A stretch of 64,000 nucleotides of DNA from positions 1 through 64,000 of IMG/VR virus record IMGVR_UViG_3300045988_114765; one strand, written 5' to 3'. The position numbers and the translations under genes are program-made. This DNA is from a virus. The stretch's first letter is position 1, and each line of letters begins with the position of its first letter. Below, one piece after another: positions 9,061-18,499 of this stretch. The notes below the pieces were generated by a model that worked only from the letters and a program-made list of their open reading frames with translations, did not search any database and had not been told where the DNA came from.

Positions 9061-9520
9061 AATGGTTATGAAAAACACGATTGTAACAGACAACTTGATA
9101 ATATTCAGTGACGGATTTGTTTGGAAAAGATTGTCCAACGAAAAAGCCTACAAGATATGGGTGTCGGCAGAAAATGAAGATTTTGAGTTATACAAGGTGA
9201 GGGTAGATGATGAGTATGAGTCATTAATAGAGAATCTTGAAGACTTGCAGGATGCCTTTAAACAAGGTCATTATGTATGCATAGAAGTAGGTAAGCTACC
9301 ATATAGCATAGATTTGAATTACTTACGAAATCTACAAGAGTTATCGGTGGAAGCTGTGGATTATCTATCAGGACTAAAAGAATGTAGCAGAGAAGAGTCA
9401 TTTAACATCATTCAAGAGTGGGCTAAAGAGTTTACGGAAAAATATGAAAATTATGATTTTAATGGTTCATACTATGATGTAATAGATGCATTTATTGATG
9501 AGAAGTTAAAAACTATTTAA
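9053..9520 (+). CDS. hypothetical protein, 155 aa
   Basis: ORF only. Confidence 0.5.
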   Translation: MSKMVMKNTIVTDNLIIFSDGFVWKRLSNEKAYKIWVSAENEDFELYKVRVDDEYESLIENLEDLQDAFKQGHYVCIEVGKLPYSIDLNYLRNLQELSVEAVDYLSGLKECSREESFNIIQEWAKEFTEKYENYDFNGSYYDVIDAFIDEKLKTI

Positions 9521-9532
9521 AATATAAAAAAC

Positions 9533-10504
9533 ATGGAAGACAGACTTATTACAACAAAAGAAGTAGGGAATTATCGTATAAAAATATACTATGATACCGA
9601 CAGTATATGTCCTTGTGAAAGTTGGGATATGGCAGCATGTTTCTTATGGGAATGTATCTATTCACCTCGACTGCAAGATGTGTGCGATTGGAGAGAAGTG
9701 TTTGGTAAATACGGAGATAGTCGGCACTCACTTATAGATGCACTACATAAACTTATTAGTGAATATGTTAAATGGAAAGACTTGCTGAATTATTTTAAGA
9801 AAGGCAAGATTGACGGTTGTCGACTGAGATATGATAACCATGATAAAATGTGGTATTATAAAGAAATTTTTAGCATTTCTCCATCAGATCTTTACACGTA
9901 TGATTATACGTATGAATTTACAGAAGACTTAGGATGTGAAGAATTGATTCAGATTCTTTCAGACTTAGGCAAGGATATATTTGTCAAAGAATGGTCCACA
10001 ACAGGATACAGTCAAGGGGATTATGTTAAAGGTATAGCTTTCTGTACAAAGGAGAGGTACACAAAAATGGTTAGTAATAATACTTCCGATTGGAAAACCC
10101 AAATTGACAAATTGATTGATGATGAAGTGAAATCCATAGGTATGTGGATATGGGGAGATGTAAAGGGGTACGTGCTTGAAAAGAAAGTGAAATTTGTCAA
10201 GAAATACAAAGATAAATCCAGGGAGGATGAAGAGGGAGAAGAATGGGAAGAGGTTGATTCCTGTTGGGGTTATTATATGGAAACAGACGAATTGATAGAA
10301 GAAATAATGAAAGAACATAATCTGAAAAATAAGGAGATGGGGGGGGGGATCATGAGGGTGTATTATCAGAAAGAACACCAAAGAATTACAAATAATACTG
10401 ATTCAGGTCAACGGCTGATAGTGACGGACGCCACAGGAGACAGGTGGGGTAAAGTGCGAAGAGCTCCGGTTCAGGGGAGACGCGGGCTGCATCACATGGC
10501 GTAA
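9533..10504 (+). CDS. hypothetical protein, 323 aa; contains a G10 homopolymer at 10339-10348
   Basis: Long ORF; its C-terminal 55 aa depend on the length of the G-run. Confidence 0.55.
   Translation: MEDRLITTKEVGNYRIKIYYDTDSICPCESWDMAACFLWECIYSPRLQDVCDWREVFGKYGDSRHSLIDALHKLISEYVKWKDLLNYFKKGKIDGCRLRYDNHDKMWYYKEIFSISPSDLYTYDYTYEFTEDLGCEELIQILSDLGKDIFVKEWSTTGYSQGDYVKGIAFCTKERYTKMVSNNTSDWKTQIDKLIDDEVKSIGMWIWGDVKGYVLEKKVKFVKKYKDKSREDEEGEEWEEVDSCWGYYMETDELIEEIMKEHNLKNKEMGGGIMRVYYQKEHQRITNNTDSGQRLIVTDATGDRWGKVRRAPVQGRRGLHHMA
10339..10348 (+). repeat. G10 homopolymer immediately after AAGGAG-ATG, inside CDS 9533-10504
   Basis: AAGGAGATGGGGGGGGGGATCATG. Confidence 0.8.
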
Positions 10505-10549
10505 GGTTACAGTAGATGAAATTATTGAACATTTTAAAAGAAGATAATT

Positions 10550-10963
10550 ATGGGATATATATGTACAAGATGTGGTGGAACAAAGGTTGCTTGTAAAGCC
10601 ATAGTAAATCCGAATACCAGAGAAATAATAGATTATTTTGATGGATCTTTCGCGCATGCTATTTGCGGGGATTGTGAAAATGAGGTAATAATATCTAACG
10701 TTGAAGAAGTCAAACATGAAATTGATTTAAGATTTCATGAATTTGTAGAAAGAACAGGTAGGGAGCCTGAATACGTAGAATGTCAGATTGTATGGAAGGA
10801 GACAGGAGACGATAAAAGAGCGACAATCAGACTATCGCTGAGTATCAACGATGATGATGATGATGATGTTTTTTATTATTGTAATGGGATAGAATCATTT
10901 AAGCAACTTGCTGAATACGGGATGGGAGAATTTATCGTAACATTTTGTTGGAGTTTCTTTTAA
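10550..10963 (+). CDS. hypothetical zinc-ribbon protein with a poly-Asp stretch, 137 aa
   Basis: CxxC...CxxC; DDDDDD run. Confidence 0.5.
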   Translation: MGYICTRCGGTKVACKAIVNPNTREIIDYFDGSFAHAICGDCENEVIISNVEEVKHEIDLRFHEFVERTGREPEYVECQIVWKETGDDKRATIRLSLSINDDDDDDVFYYCNGIESFKQLAEYGMGEFIVTFCWSFF

Positions 10964-11001
10964 GAAATACATTCAGTTATCATTTTTTAATAACATATCT
11001 T

Positions 11002-11394
11002 ATGAAAACACAAGAAGAATATGCCCATGAAATTGACGAAATCGTTCGCCGGGATGTAGAGAGCTGCCAGAGTGACCGGTTTATAATCGACAAGGAGATA
11101 TTTATGCAGCCAGAGAATAAGAACAAGGCATTTATTTTGGGAACAAGAAAGACCGGGTGCGATATGATCGTACTTGGAGGTACTAATTGCAGTGGATCCA
11201 ATATGGATTGGCTTTTCGGTTGCCTTGGCAATGAAAACTTCTATGTATGCCAGCCAGTATCTTTCTATAAATCACAACAAGAAATCCAGAAAGTAAATCC
11301 GCTTTATGCTTTCAAGGTGGCCACTGCTTATTTTAGAGAACAAGGGAAGGTTCCGGTATTTGAAGATAGTAACTGTAGATTAATAAAACTATGA
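11002..11394 (+). CDS. hypothetical protein, 130 aa
   Basis: ORF only. Confidence 0.45.
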   Translation: MKTQEEYAHEIDEIVRRDVESCQSDRFIIDKEIFMQPENKNKAFILGTRKTGCDMIVLGGTNCSGSNMDWLFGCLGNENFYVCQPVSFYKSQQEIQKVNPLYAFKVATAYFREQGKVPVFEDSNCRLIKL

Positions 11395-11798
11395 GCATAA
11401 AAGTAATAAGATACAGGTTGCCATCTTGTTGGGCTTGTCCGTTAATCAATGATGATTACACTGGATTAACGGATGAAGAATGTGAGGAAATCCATAAAAT
11501 ACAAGATATGGAAAGATTGAATTTTGAAACATTGTTTCGTATCGTAAGATGGGATTACAACCGTTGCTTTAAGGATGAATCACTGGACAAGGATTTGTTC
11601 GTAGAAAAATACGGACGGGTAATAGGTGAACATTATTATAACAAGTTTGTCCATGAATTTGACGGAAATATTCTGAAGATGGTTGATTACTTCAGAGGTT
11701 CCGAAAAAGAGGGGCAAGTCTTCTGCGATATGATAACCGAACGTATTGAAAAATACGAAAAGAGAATGTCATATGATAAAGGTAAGTTAAACAATTAA
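11391..11798 (+). CDS. hypothetical protein, 135 aa
   Basis: ORF only. Confidence 0.55.
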   Translation: MSIKVIRYRLPSCWACPLINDDYTGLTDEECEEIHKIQDMERLNFETLFRIVRWDYNRCFKDESLDKDLFVEKYGRVIGEHYYNKFVHEFDGNILKMVDYFRGSEKEGQVFCDMITERIEKYEKRMSYDKGKLNN

Positions 11799-11810
11799 AA
11801 AGATATTTAT

Positions 11811-12872
11811 ATGAACAATTCAATAGTCGCTCACTTGTGGGCTCATGAACAAGAAGAATCAGCATCAGGGAGCAATTTCTTCTTTGAAGGTACAAGTATT
11901 TATTCTTATGGGCATCACCTTGAAGTCGGGAGAATAGTAAAAAACAAACAAGGGAAGAAAGCATACCTGATAAATGAAGATTATTATTCTGTTACCACGA
12001 GCAAACATCAATGCTATGTTCGTAATGCGATACCAACTTGGGCAATGGTTTTCAGTGTAGGGGATAATATGTCGGATACTGGTAATATGAGGTTTGTTAC
12101 CAGCAAACTGGAATCAATTAAGAAGTCTATTGAAAAATACAAAAGAGCTAAAACAGAATTATCTTATACAGATATTTGGGGCGCTTTTGGGAATATGATG
12201 GATTACATTCAGTTCTTTAACATGGGGACTGCTAAGAGTATCCTTAAAAAGAGTGCTAATGATTGGCTTGGAACCAATCATGAATTATCCAAGAGCGGAG
12301 ATAGTATCAAGCGTAAGCACGTACATGAATTAAAACGCATCTTTCAAATTTTATTGGATCATCAAGGATTAAAAGTGTTAGGGACCGTAAATGTGATTGT
12401 TGATGAAGTTTGCGGGGAAGGTACATGGATTAAGTATTCAGAAAGATCTGAAAGATGGAGAAAGAGTGAGGAAGAAAGAGAAAGAATAAAATTAGAGAGA
12501 TTAAGAAAGGAAGAAGAAGCCCGTTACAAGGATTTTGATGAAAAACTGGAAGAGTGGAAGTCAGGAGAAATCAATTTCTTGAATACACCTTTATATATTC
12601 CTGATGAAAAACCTAACGCCTGGATTCGTATAAAAGGAGATATTATTGAGACAAGTAAACAGATAAAGATTGGAATAGCAGAAGCCAGAAAACTGTGGCG
12701 GGCTGTGTCGGCAATGCACCGGGGCGCCGAGTTTCGGCACGGTCTGGTGGAGGACATCACCGGTCACCAGTGGAGTCTAAATCGGTACGAAAACGATTTG
12801 CTAACCGCTGGATGTCATAGGATAGCATATAACGAAATGGAGAGAATAGCAAAACAACTGGGATGGGTTTAA
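11811..12872 (+). CDS. hypothetical protein, 353 aa
   Basis: ORF only. Confidence 0.6.
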   Translation: MNNSIVAHLWAHEQEESASGSNFFFEGTSIYSYGHHLEVGRIVKNKQGKKAYLINEDYYSVTTSKHQCYVRNAIPTWAMVFSVGDNMSDTGNMRFVTSKLESIKKSIEKYKRAKTELSYTDIWGAFGNMMDYIQFFNMGTAKSILKKSANDWLGTNHELSKSGDSIKRKHVHELKRIFQILLDHQGLKVLGTVNVIVDEVCGEGTWIKYSERSERWRKSEEERERIKLERLRKEEEARYKDFDEKLEEWKSGEINFLNTPLYIPDEKPNAWIRIKGDIIETSKQIKIGIAEARKLWRAVSAMHRGAEFRHGLVEDITGHQWSLNRYENDLLTAGCHRIAYNEMERIAKQLGWV

Positions 12873-12929
12873 GTAACCCATCTTGTTTTATTGATTACAT
12901 AATTAAAAATAAAGGTAATTATATACCAT

Positions 12930-13007
12930 TTTACACCATCTATATAAAACAGAAGCCGGATATACGTTAATCATTATCTGGCTTCTGTTTTATATAGATG
13001 GTGTAAA
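12930..13007. repeat. perfect 28-bp inverted repeat (TTTACACCATCTATATAAAACAGAAGCC / GGCTTCTGTTTTATATAGATGGTGTAAA) with a 22-nt loop
   Basis: Verified base by base; sits in an intergenic position. Confidence 0.85.
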
Positions 13008-13235
13008 GTTGTATATAATCACCTTAAATTTAATGGCCCATTATATGAACGAACTAAACAAAGCATTCACTTATGTTTCGGCATCTCCCCTCTCCTCGAC
13101 GTGGTATTGGTCCAGTACTGAGAGCAGCCAGGCCGTCGCGTGGTACGTGGTCTTCTCCAGTGGCCTCACGGGCACCGGCAACAAGCACATCGGAGACATG
13201 GTTCGGGCGGTAATTGATTTTTAAAAAGGATTACA

Positions 13236-14042
13236 ATGATAACATCAGTAAAAATAAAAGACAATACAAAAACTCCTTTTGAATATGCTTCTGACATAGA
13301 AGCGTTTGAAAATAGTAGAGAATTTATTTTCAAGCCAGGAGTGAATGTGATTGTAGGTAAAAACGGTAGTGGAAAATCAACTTTGCTTAACATCATATCA
13401 ATGTATGCGTTATGCGAGAAATCCATGTGCTCTGAAATACCGATCGAGGCACTGGATTTTCCACCTATATTTGATGATGATGATAAGGTTTTTGATGGGA
13501 TTGATATATCATCCGATTATGCAGGGAAAGTATTCCGTTTATTGCCATCGGCGGAGATGAATCGAGATAGCGTATTGAAAAACATCAGCAACTTAGATTT
13601 GTATGTGAATAATATTAGAAGATCTTATGGAGAGAAAGTGGTGTTATCATTGGAATCACTTTTCAATTTAATGTTCGGTCAAAAGGATTATACGTTTCCA
13701 ATACAAGATCTTGTAGAATACAAGAAAAAATCAAATGCGTTTTGGATTAAAAGGATTGATAGTCTGTTGAAGTATTATAAAAGAAACCGCATAACATTAG
13801 CAGAAAGCAGTTTTGAATACACGGTTCTCATGGATGAGCCAGACAGGAATCTTGACATTGACAATATAATGCAAATTTATAATGTATTATCATTCCATAA
13901 ACCACAAACACAAATTATAGCCATAGTACACAATCCGGCATTGATTTACAAGTTAAGCAAATTAGATTGTGTGAATTTCATAGAGATGACAGAAGGATAT
14001 CTAAAGGATGTTGTCAATTTCATAAGTGAAACAAATAAATGA
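13236..14042 (+). CDS. ABC/SMC-type P-loop ATPase (AAA_15/AAA_21-like), 268 aa
   Basis: Walker A (GKNGSGKST); Walker B (VLMDEPDRNLD). Confidence 0.7.
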   Translation: MITSVKIKDNTKTPFEYASDIEAFENSREFIFKPGVNVIVGKNGSGKSTLLNIISMYALCEKSMCSEIPIEALDFPPIFDDDDKVFDGIDISSDYAGKVFRLLPSAEMNRDSVLKNISNLDLYVNNIRRSYGEKVVLSLESLFNLMFGQKDYTFPIQDLVEYKKKSNAFWIKRIDSLLKYYKRNRITLAESSFEYTVLMDEPDRNLDIDNIMQIYNVLSFHKPQTQIIAIVHNPALIYKLSKLDCVNFIEMTEGYLKDVVNFISETNK

Positions 14043-14168
14043 AAGAGAATAAGAAAAGAACTGAAAATAATAGGATCAAGAGATCGGCACGTATTTACAG
14101 CGACATTCATTCGTTTTGGATTCAGGGATGGGTATAAAGGACCTGTAAAGACAATACTTTTACAAGAC

Positions 14169-14402
14169 GTGTTACTCGATGGTAAAATAGTAACAGATCA
14201 TTTGTGGTTTGATTTGACAAAAGGATTCGAAAGCGCCGATTTATTACCAGGCGATGTGGTTGAGTTTTGTGCAAGGGTTAGTATTTACGAGAAAGGATAT
14301 AAAGGATATAGGAATGACGTATTCGATAGGCCGATAGAAAAGGATTATCGATTGTCAAGACCAACAAAGATTAAAAAGATTGGGAAGAAATCAATAGATT
14401 GA
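14169..14402 (+). CDS. hypothetical protein, 77 aa
   Basis: ORF only. Confidence 0.35.
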   Translation: MLLDGKIVTDHLWFDLTKGFESADLLPGDVVEFCARVSIYEKGYKGYRNDVFDRPIEKDYRLSRPTKIKKIGKKSID

Positions 14403-14470
14403 CATACTACCGCGAACTTTAGGTGTGGGAGTATGTCAAAGAGATGACAGAAGGGCATCTTAGTAAAACT

Positions 14471-14478
14471 TGTATATT
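14471..14478 (+). promoter_or_regulatory. Bacteroidota-type -7 promoter element TAtaTTTG
   Basis: Matches TAnnTTTG, about 25 nt upstream of ATG 14503. Confidence 0.4.
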
Positions 14479-14502
14479 TGTGTCTAATTAATTAAAGGTG
14501 AG

Positions 14503-14817
14503 ATGAACTGGAAGAAATTCAAAGAGGAAAAACCTTCAGAGGGAGAAGAAGTGTTGGCTTATCACCCAAGTTGGATAGATGAAGATTTCAACCCAAGAGG
14601 TATAAGAATAGGGTTTTGGAATGGAGGAGACGATTTTAAATCGGCTCATTGGTGGGATTATCAAGATTGTTATATCACAATCTCTCATTGTGATTGTGAT
14701 GATAATTCTCTTTTCAGTGATAGAATAAAAAACAGCATAGAGCCAGAGTTATGGATATCACTTGATGTTATTACAAATTACTTACCTGATATAAAACAAA
14801 ATCACTTATCACAATGA
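14503..14817 (+). CDS. hypothetical protein, 104 aa
   Basis: ORF only. Confidence 0.55.
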   Translation: MNWKKFKEEKPSEGEEVLAYHPSWIDEDFNPRGIRIGFWNGGDDFKSAHWWDYQDCYITISHCDCDDNSLFSDRIKNSIEPELWISLDVITNYLPDIKQNHLSQ

Positions 14818-15197
14818 GCTATTTTATATTAATGGGAAGAAGAATCCCCAAGCAAGCCATAACAGGCTTCAAATTTCAAAATGAAACAGATAACATTCGT
14901 CCTTTCTTGTCAATCAGGATAAGGGGAAAAGACGAAATTATACCTTTCAAAGATAAAAAGGAGATACAGTCTGTAAAAGCGCATCTGTGTTCTATCTTTT
15001 CTGGGTTTGTAAAAATAGGTGACTGGTATCTCAAGATGTCGGAAGTTAAGGAATATAAGCCGGTGACTGCCGAAGATATGAACCCCTACATCTTGTTTAA
15101 GACATCTAAGTTTGGAAATATAAAAGTTCGTTTCCCGAAAGATGAAGATATGAATGCGGAATTGTTGGTGTTAGATCAGCTTTTTGATGTAGAATAA
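14814..15197 (+). CDS. hypothetical protein, 127 aa
   Basis: ORF only. Confidence 0.55.
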   Translation: MSYFILMGRRIPKQAITGFKFQNETDNIRPFLSIRIRGKDEIIPFKDKKEIQSVKAHLCSIFSGFVKIGDWYLKMSEVKEYKPVTAEDMNPYILFKTSKFGNIKVRFPKDEDMNAELLVLDQLFDVE

Positions 15198-15221
15198 ACT
15201 ATTAATCATCTTTTAAAAATC

Positions 15222-15473
15222 ATGACCTGGAAAGAATTGAAAGACAAAATATCCCTTATGACGGAAGAAGAGCAACGACAAGAAGTTGCAGTATGGGGAG
15301 AAAATATGAATCTAATGAAAGATTGTTCCTTGGAAAAAACAAACGAGGATATGTACTACAACTCTGAATGGGATTATACTCGTGAAGAGAGCGAATTGGA
15401 ACCGGAAGACAAGAATGACCCTGATATACATAAGGTGTATGAAGCAGGAATGCATTATATTTATTCGAATTGA
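15222..15473 (+). CDS. hypothetical acidic protein, 83 aa
   Basis: ORF only. Confidence 0.5.
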   Translation: MTWKELKDKISLMTEEEQRQEVAVWGENMNLMKDCSLEKTNEDMYYNSEWDYTREESELEPEDKNDPDIHKVYEAGMHYIYSN

Positions 15474-15491
15474 TTTTAAAAAGATCTGATT

Positions 15492-15683
15492 ATGGCAGCA
15501 TTAACAACACTAAATATAACGGAAAAGAACGCTAATAACAGTTTGTCTGTAACTGTTAAAGTGAATGTCACCAAAGAAGGAGTGTTTACCACTACCTTGT
15601 CAAAAGAAGATGTGGACAAGATTCATTCTTATGGGATCAAATTACCTACAAAACAGATTAGGCAACGAAGGATATTTCAATAG
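15492..15683 (+). CDS. hypothetical protein, 63 aa
   Basis: ORF only. Confidence 0.4.
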   Translation: MAALTTLNITEKNANNSLSVTVKVNVTKEGVFTTTLSKEDVDKIHSYGIKLPTKQIRQRRIFQ

Positions 15684-16239
15684 TATAGCACTTTCTGATT
15701 TGGAAAGTCAAATCAGGGAAGTTCTGAAGAGATGTTTGAGTTATAAAATAGTAGAAGAAGTGCCTGTTATTAAGTATCAACTGGAAACGAATTGCACGTT
15801 TTCCTATGACAAAAACGGAAATATTGTCCCTAACCCCTCTAAGGAATGGACAGGAGGCGATGAAAATGGAAAATGGAGAGATGGAACTTCCCGTTTAGAT
15901 GCCTTAAACACCCAACCTTTCGGTTTTAGTGTTTATGCAAAACCATTTCTAAAAAGAGTAATTGAATATGGAAATGGAGAGACAAAAGTAGAATACGGCA
16001 GGTTAAATACAGAAAAAGGAACTTATGCGCACTGGCTGAATTGTGTAACGAGCATATCATACAATAGACATAAACAGGTAATGGAAGTGGAGTGTAACGA
16101 ATGTACCTCGAAATTATTCGTTGATATGATCAAGTCCATTTGTAATATAAGCGAACAAGTTAAGAGTTTTGTCAATCCAGAACAAATAAAAGCAATTGCG
16201 GAGTCAAATGAACCGATTTTGCTTTTATCTAACAACTAA
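15631..16239 (+). CDS. hypothetical protein, about 202 aa (start uncertain; overlaps the previous ORF by about 50 nt)
   Basis: ORF only. Confidence 0.5.
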   Translation: MGSNYLQNRLGNEGYFNSIALSDLESQIREVLKRCLSYKIVEEVPVIKYQLETNCTFSYDKNGNIVPNPSKEWTGGDENGKWRDGTSRLDALNTQPFGFSVYAKPFLKRVIEYGNGETKVEYGRLNTEKGTYAHWLNCVTSISYNRHKQVMEVECNECTSKLFVDMIKSICNISEQVKSFVNPEQIKAIAESNEPILLLSNN

Positions 16240-16245
16240 AAAATC

Positions 16246-16458
16246 ATGAGGTATGTATGTGTTTTTATCTGCTTTCTGTTATGGCTTATTTTTACATTGT
16301 TATTATCATCAACTGTCATAGGATTGGTTATAAGCGTCATGGCTTCAGGAAATGAAATCATACTTGAATGGAACGGTTCAGAAATGAATGCGAATGAGAT
16401 TATAGACCGTATGGAATCAGTAGGATATATAACTCCCGATGATTTTATTGGAGGTTAG
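16246..16458 (+). CDS. small membrane protein, 70 aa
   Basis: N-terminal hydrophobic helices. Confidence 0.45.
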   Translation: MRYVCVFICFLLWLIFTLLLSSTVIGLVISVMASGNEIILEWNGSEMNANEIIDRMESVGYITPDDFIGG

Positions 16459-16578
16459 ATTAAAGTATAAAATTATGAAAAGAGAAGATATTGAAAAAGC
16501 AGCAAAGATTTATCAAGAACAAGAAAAAGATCATGATATCTGGGCAGGTAAAGACTTAAGAAGAAAATATGAAAGGTT

Positions 16579-16782
16579 ATGACCGACAGAGAACTTCTTG
16601 AAGAAAACAATAAGATGTTAAAGGAAATTCTAAGTTTTGTGAGAAAAGTTGATTCTGCTGAATACAGGGATCATCAAAACTTTATGGAATTTCTTAGAAA
16701 TGTGGCAGCCGATATATGGGTTGAATATACGGAGACCGAACAAAGAGGTAGATTGTTTAATTTAATAAATAAAAAGAAATGA
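16579..16782 (+). CDS. hypothetical protein, 67 aa
   Basis: ORF only. Confidence 0.4.
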   Translation: MTDRELLEENNKMLKEILSFVRKVDSAEYRDHQNFMEFLRNVAADIWVEYTETEQRGRLFNLINKKK

Positions 16783-16924
16783 AAACAGTTTTTTGATTTA
16801 AGCAGAGATGAGATTGTGTCATTGACATGCAAAGAGATATATCTGTATATAGACAAAGAGCTTGCTGGTAAAGGTATTCCAATTGAAGCTAAAAACTGGA
16901 ATATAAAGAACAAAAAAAGAAGTC

Positions 16925-17227
16925 GTGTATCCAAGAACTGGAGTTCCAGTATTTATGTTAAAAGATATCGGCATCGGTTTTAGAACCATAGAAGGTGCAA
17001 CAGAGGTGGCTAATTTGCTTATTAAATATAATGCATTTAAAATGGAATCAAAGTTTCTGATAAGATCGTATGAGCAGTTTTGGATCATAAATGGAAGTGT
17101 TTGCCCAGCCATTACAGGAGAAGCGGGATATAGCAAGGAAGAGTTTGATAAGGTAAACAAGGAAAACAAAGATCCAGAATTGGAAAGTATAAATTCTTTC
17201 AATGATACTGTGAAAAAAAGCCAATGA
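16925..17227 (+). CDS. hypothetical protein, 100 aa
   Basis: ORF only. Confidence 0.45.
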   Translation: MYPRTGVPVFMLKDIGIGFRTIEGATEVANLLIKYNAFKMESKFLIRSYEQFWIINGSVCPAITGEAGYSKEEFDKVNKENKDPELESINSFNDTVKKSQ

Positions 17228-17243
17228 AATCAAAGACAGGGTA

Positions 17244-17450
17244 TTGAAATACGTGTACAACATAAAACAAGAACGTTCATACAACAATGACCTGGTTGGT
17301 ATCTTTGAAAGGTATAAAGATATAGCAGACGGTGACATGGAGGTAGCTATGAATTTTATCGAGGAGGCCTATCCATTCAATGAAGAAACAGAGTCGTTTA
17401 TCAGAAAAAAGTTTGACATGCCTATACCGGACGAATCAAAAGAGCAGTAA
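17244..17450 (+). CDS. hypothetical protein, 68 aa
   Basis: ORF only. Confidence 0.4.
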   Translation: MKYVYNIKQERSYNNDLVGIFERYKDIADGDMEVAMNFIEEAYPFNEETESFIRKKFDMPIPDESKEQ

Positions 17451-17507
17451 TTAAGCTAAATTAAATCATTTTGAATCTTTTTTATTATCAAAAGACATAT
17501 AAAAGAC

Positions 17508-17515
17508 ATATCTTT
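17508..17515 (+). promoter_or_regulatory. Bacteroidota-type -7 promoter element TAtcTTTG
   Basis: Matches TAnnTTTG, about 19 nt upstream of ATG 17534. Confidence 0.4.
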
Positions 17516-17533
17516 GTCCAAAAAACAAACAGA

Positions 17534-17788
17534 ATGGAAGAAAAAGAGATAAAAGAAGCTATGATTGAAGCCCTGACGCACTTAGAGGGGTGTAAGTATT
17601 TCGTGGCTACGATAGTAAATGAAGAGGAAAGAAGATTTGATATGAGCCAAAGAATGTCACAGTATCAATTGGCGTTAGTTATAAAAGGCATCTTATCTAA
17701 TAATGAAATGATGATGATGGACGTTTTGCAGTGGTGTTCTGAAAGATTTAAAAATAGTATAGAGAAAGGAAAGAAATTAACTAATTAA
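17534..17788 (+). CDS. hypothetical protein, 84 aa
   Basis: In-frame ATG downstream of the promoter motif. Confidence 0.5.
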   Translation: MEEKEIKEAMIEALTHLEGCKYFVATIVNEEERRFDMSQRMSQYQLALVIKGILSNNEMMMMDVLQWCSERFKNSIEKGKKLTN

Positions 17789-17799
17789 ATATTAATACA

Positions 17800-18270
17800 A
17801 TGAATCGCTGGTTTGAAATTACGGTAAAAGCCGAGATTGATAATATCGAGAACGGCAAAAAAAAGAAAGTAACTGAAAAGTATTTGGTAGATGCCTTATC
17901 TTATACAGAGGCAGAATCAAGATCTTTAGAGATTTTCAAGGATTTATTTCAAGTGTTCGACATTGTTAAAATAAATCCTATTAAAGTGTCGGAAATCTTC
18001 TTCAACGGAGAAGCTGAGTACTGGTATAAGTGTAAGGTAAATTACATTACACTGGATGAAAAGAAAGGTAGAGAAAAGAAAACTCCATGCTATATGTATG
18101 TCCAGGCCGGCAATCCCAAGGATGCCGAAGCTGTGTTGACTAAAGGCATGCAGGGTACGTTGGGCGACTGGAATTGCGAAGCTATTGCTGAAACGAAGAT
18201 CATTGACGTATTCAAATATGATCTTCAGAAGGGAGCTGAAAAATTAGGCGAGAAGAAGAGTGAAGAGTAA
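17800..18270 (+). CDS. hypothetical protein, 156 aa
   Basis: ORF only. Confidence 0.55.
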   Translation: MNRWFEITVKAEIDNIENGKKKKVTEKYLVDALSYTEAESRSLEIFKDLFQVFDIVKINPIKVSEIFFNGEAEYWYKCKVNYITLDEKKGREKKTPCYMYVQAGNPKDAEAVLTKGMQGTLGDWNCEAIAETKIIDVFKYDLQKGAEKLGEKKSEE

Positions 18271-18499
18271 GGCTGATGTAGTTTCCAACATAGCGCTTGT
18301 TGTGGCGATAATATCATTGCTTTTAGCAGGCGCTTTCCTTCTGATAGTGATTAAGACAGACGAGGTGTCTAAATTATTAATGAACATACCTTATCTACTG
18401 GCTTCAGTGGGATTGTTCTTTTCAATAATATCATTATTATTCGAATGGAAAGCAAGGAAAAGAAGCTATACGTCTGCGAACGATGCGGACGAAAAGTGA
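18260..18499 (+). CDS. two-TM small membrane protein, 79 aa
   Basis: Two hydrophobic helices. Confidence 0.45.
   Translation: MKSKADVVSNIALVVAIISLLLAGAFLLIVIKTDEVSKLLMNIPYLLASVGLFFSIISLLFEWKARKRSYTSANDADEK

Noticed and set aside
13009-13224. 71-aa TTG-start ORF
   Set aside because: The start is non-canonical, and the start codon overlaps the 3' arm of the 28-bp inverted repeat. The ORF runs into a GC-rich islet. It is more likely non-coding structured sequence.
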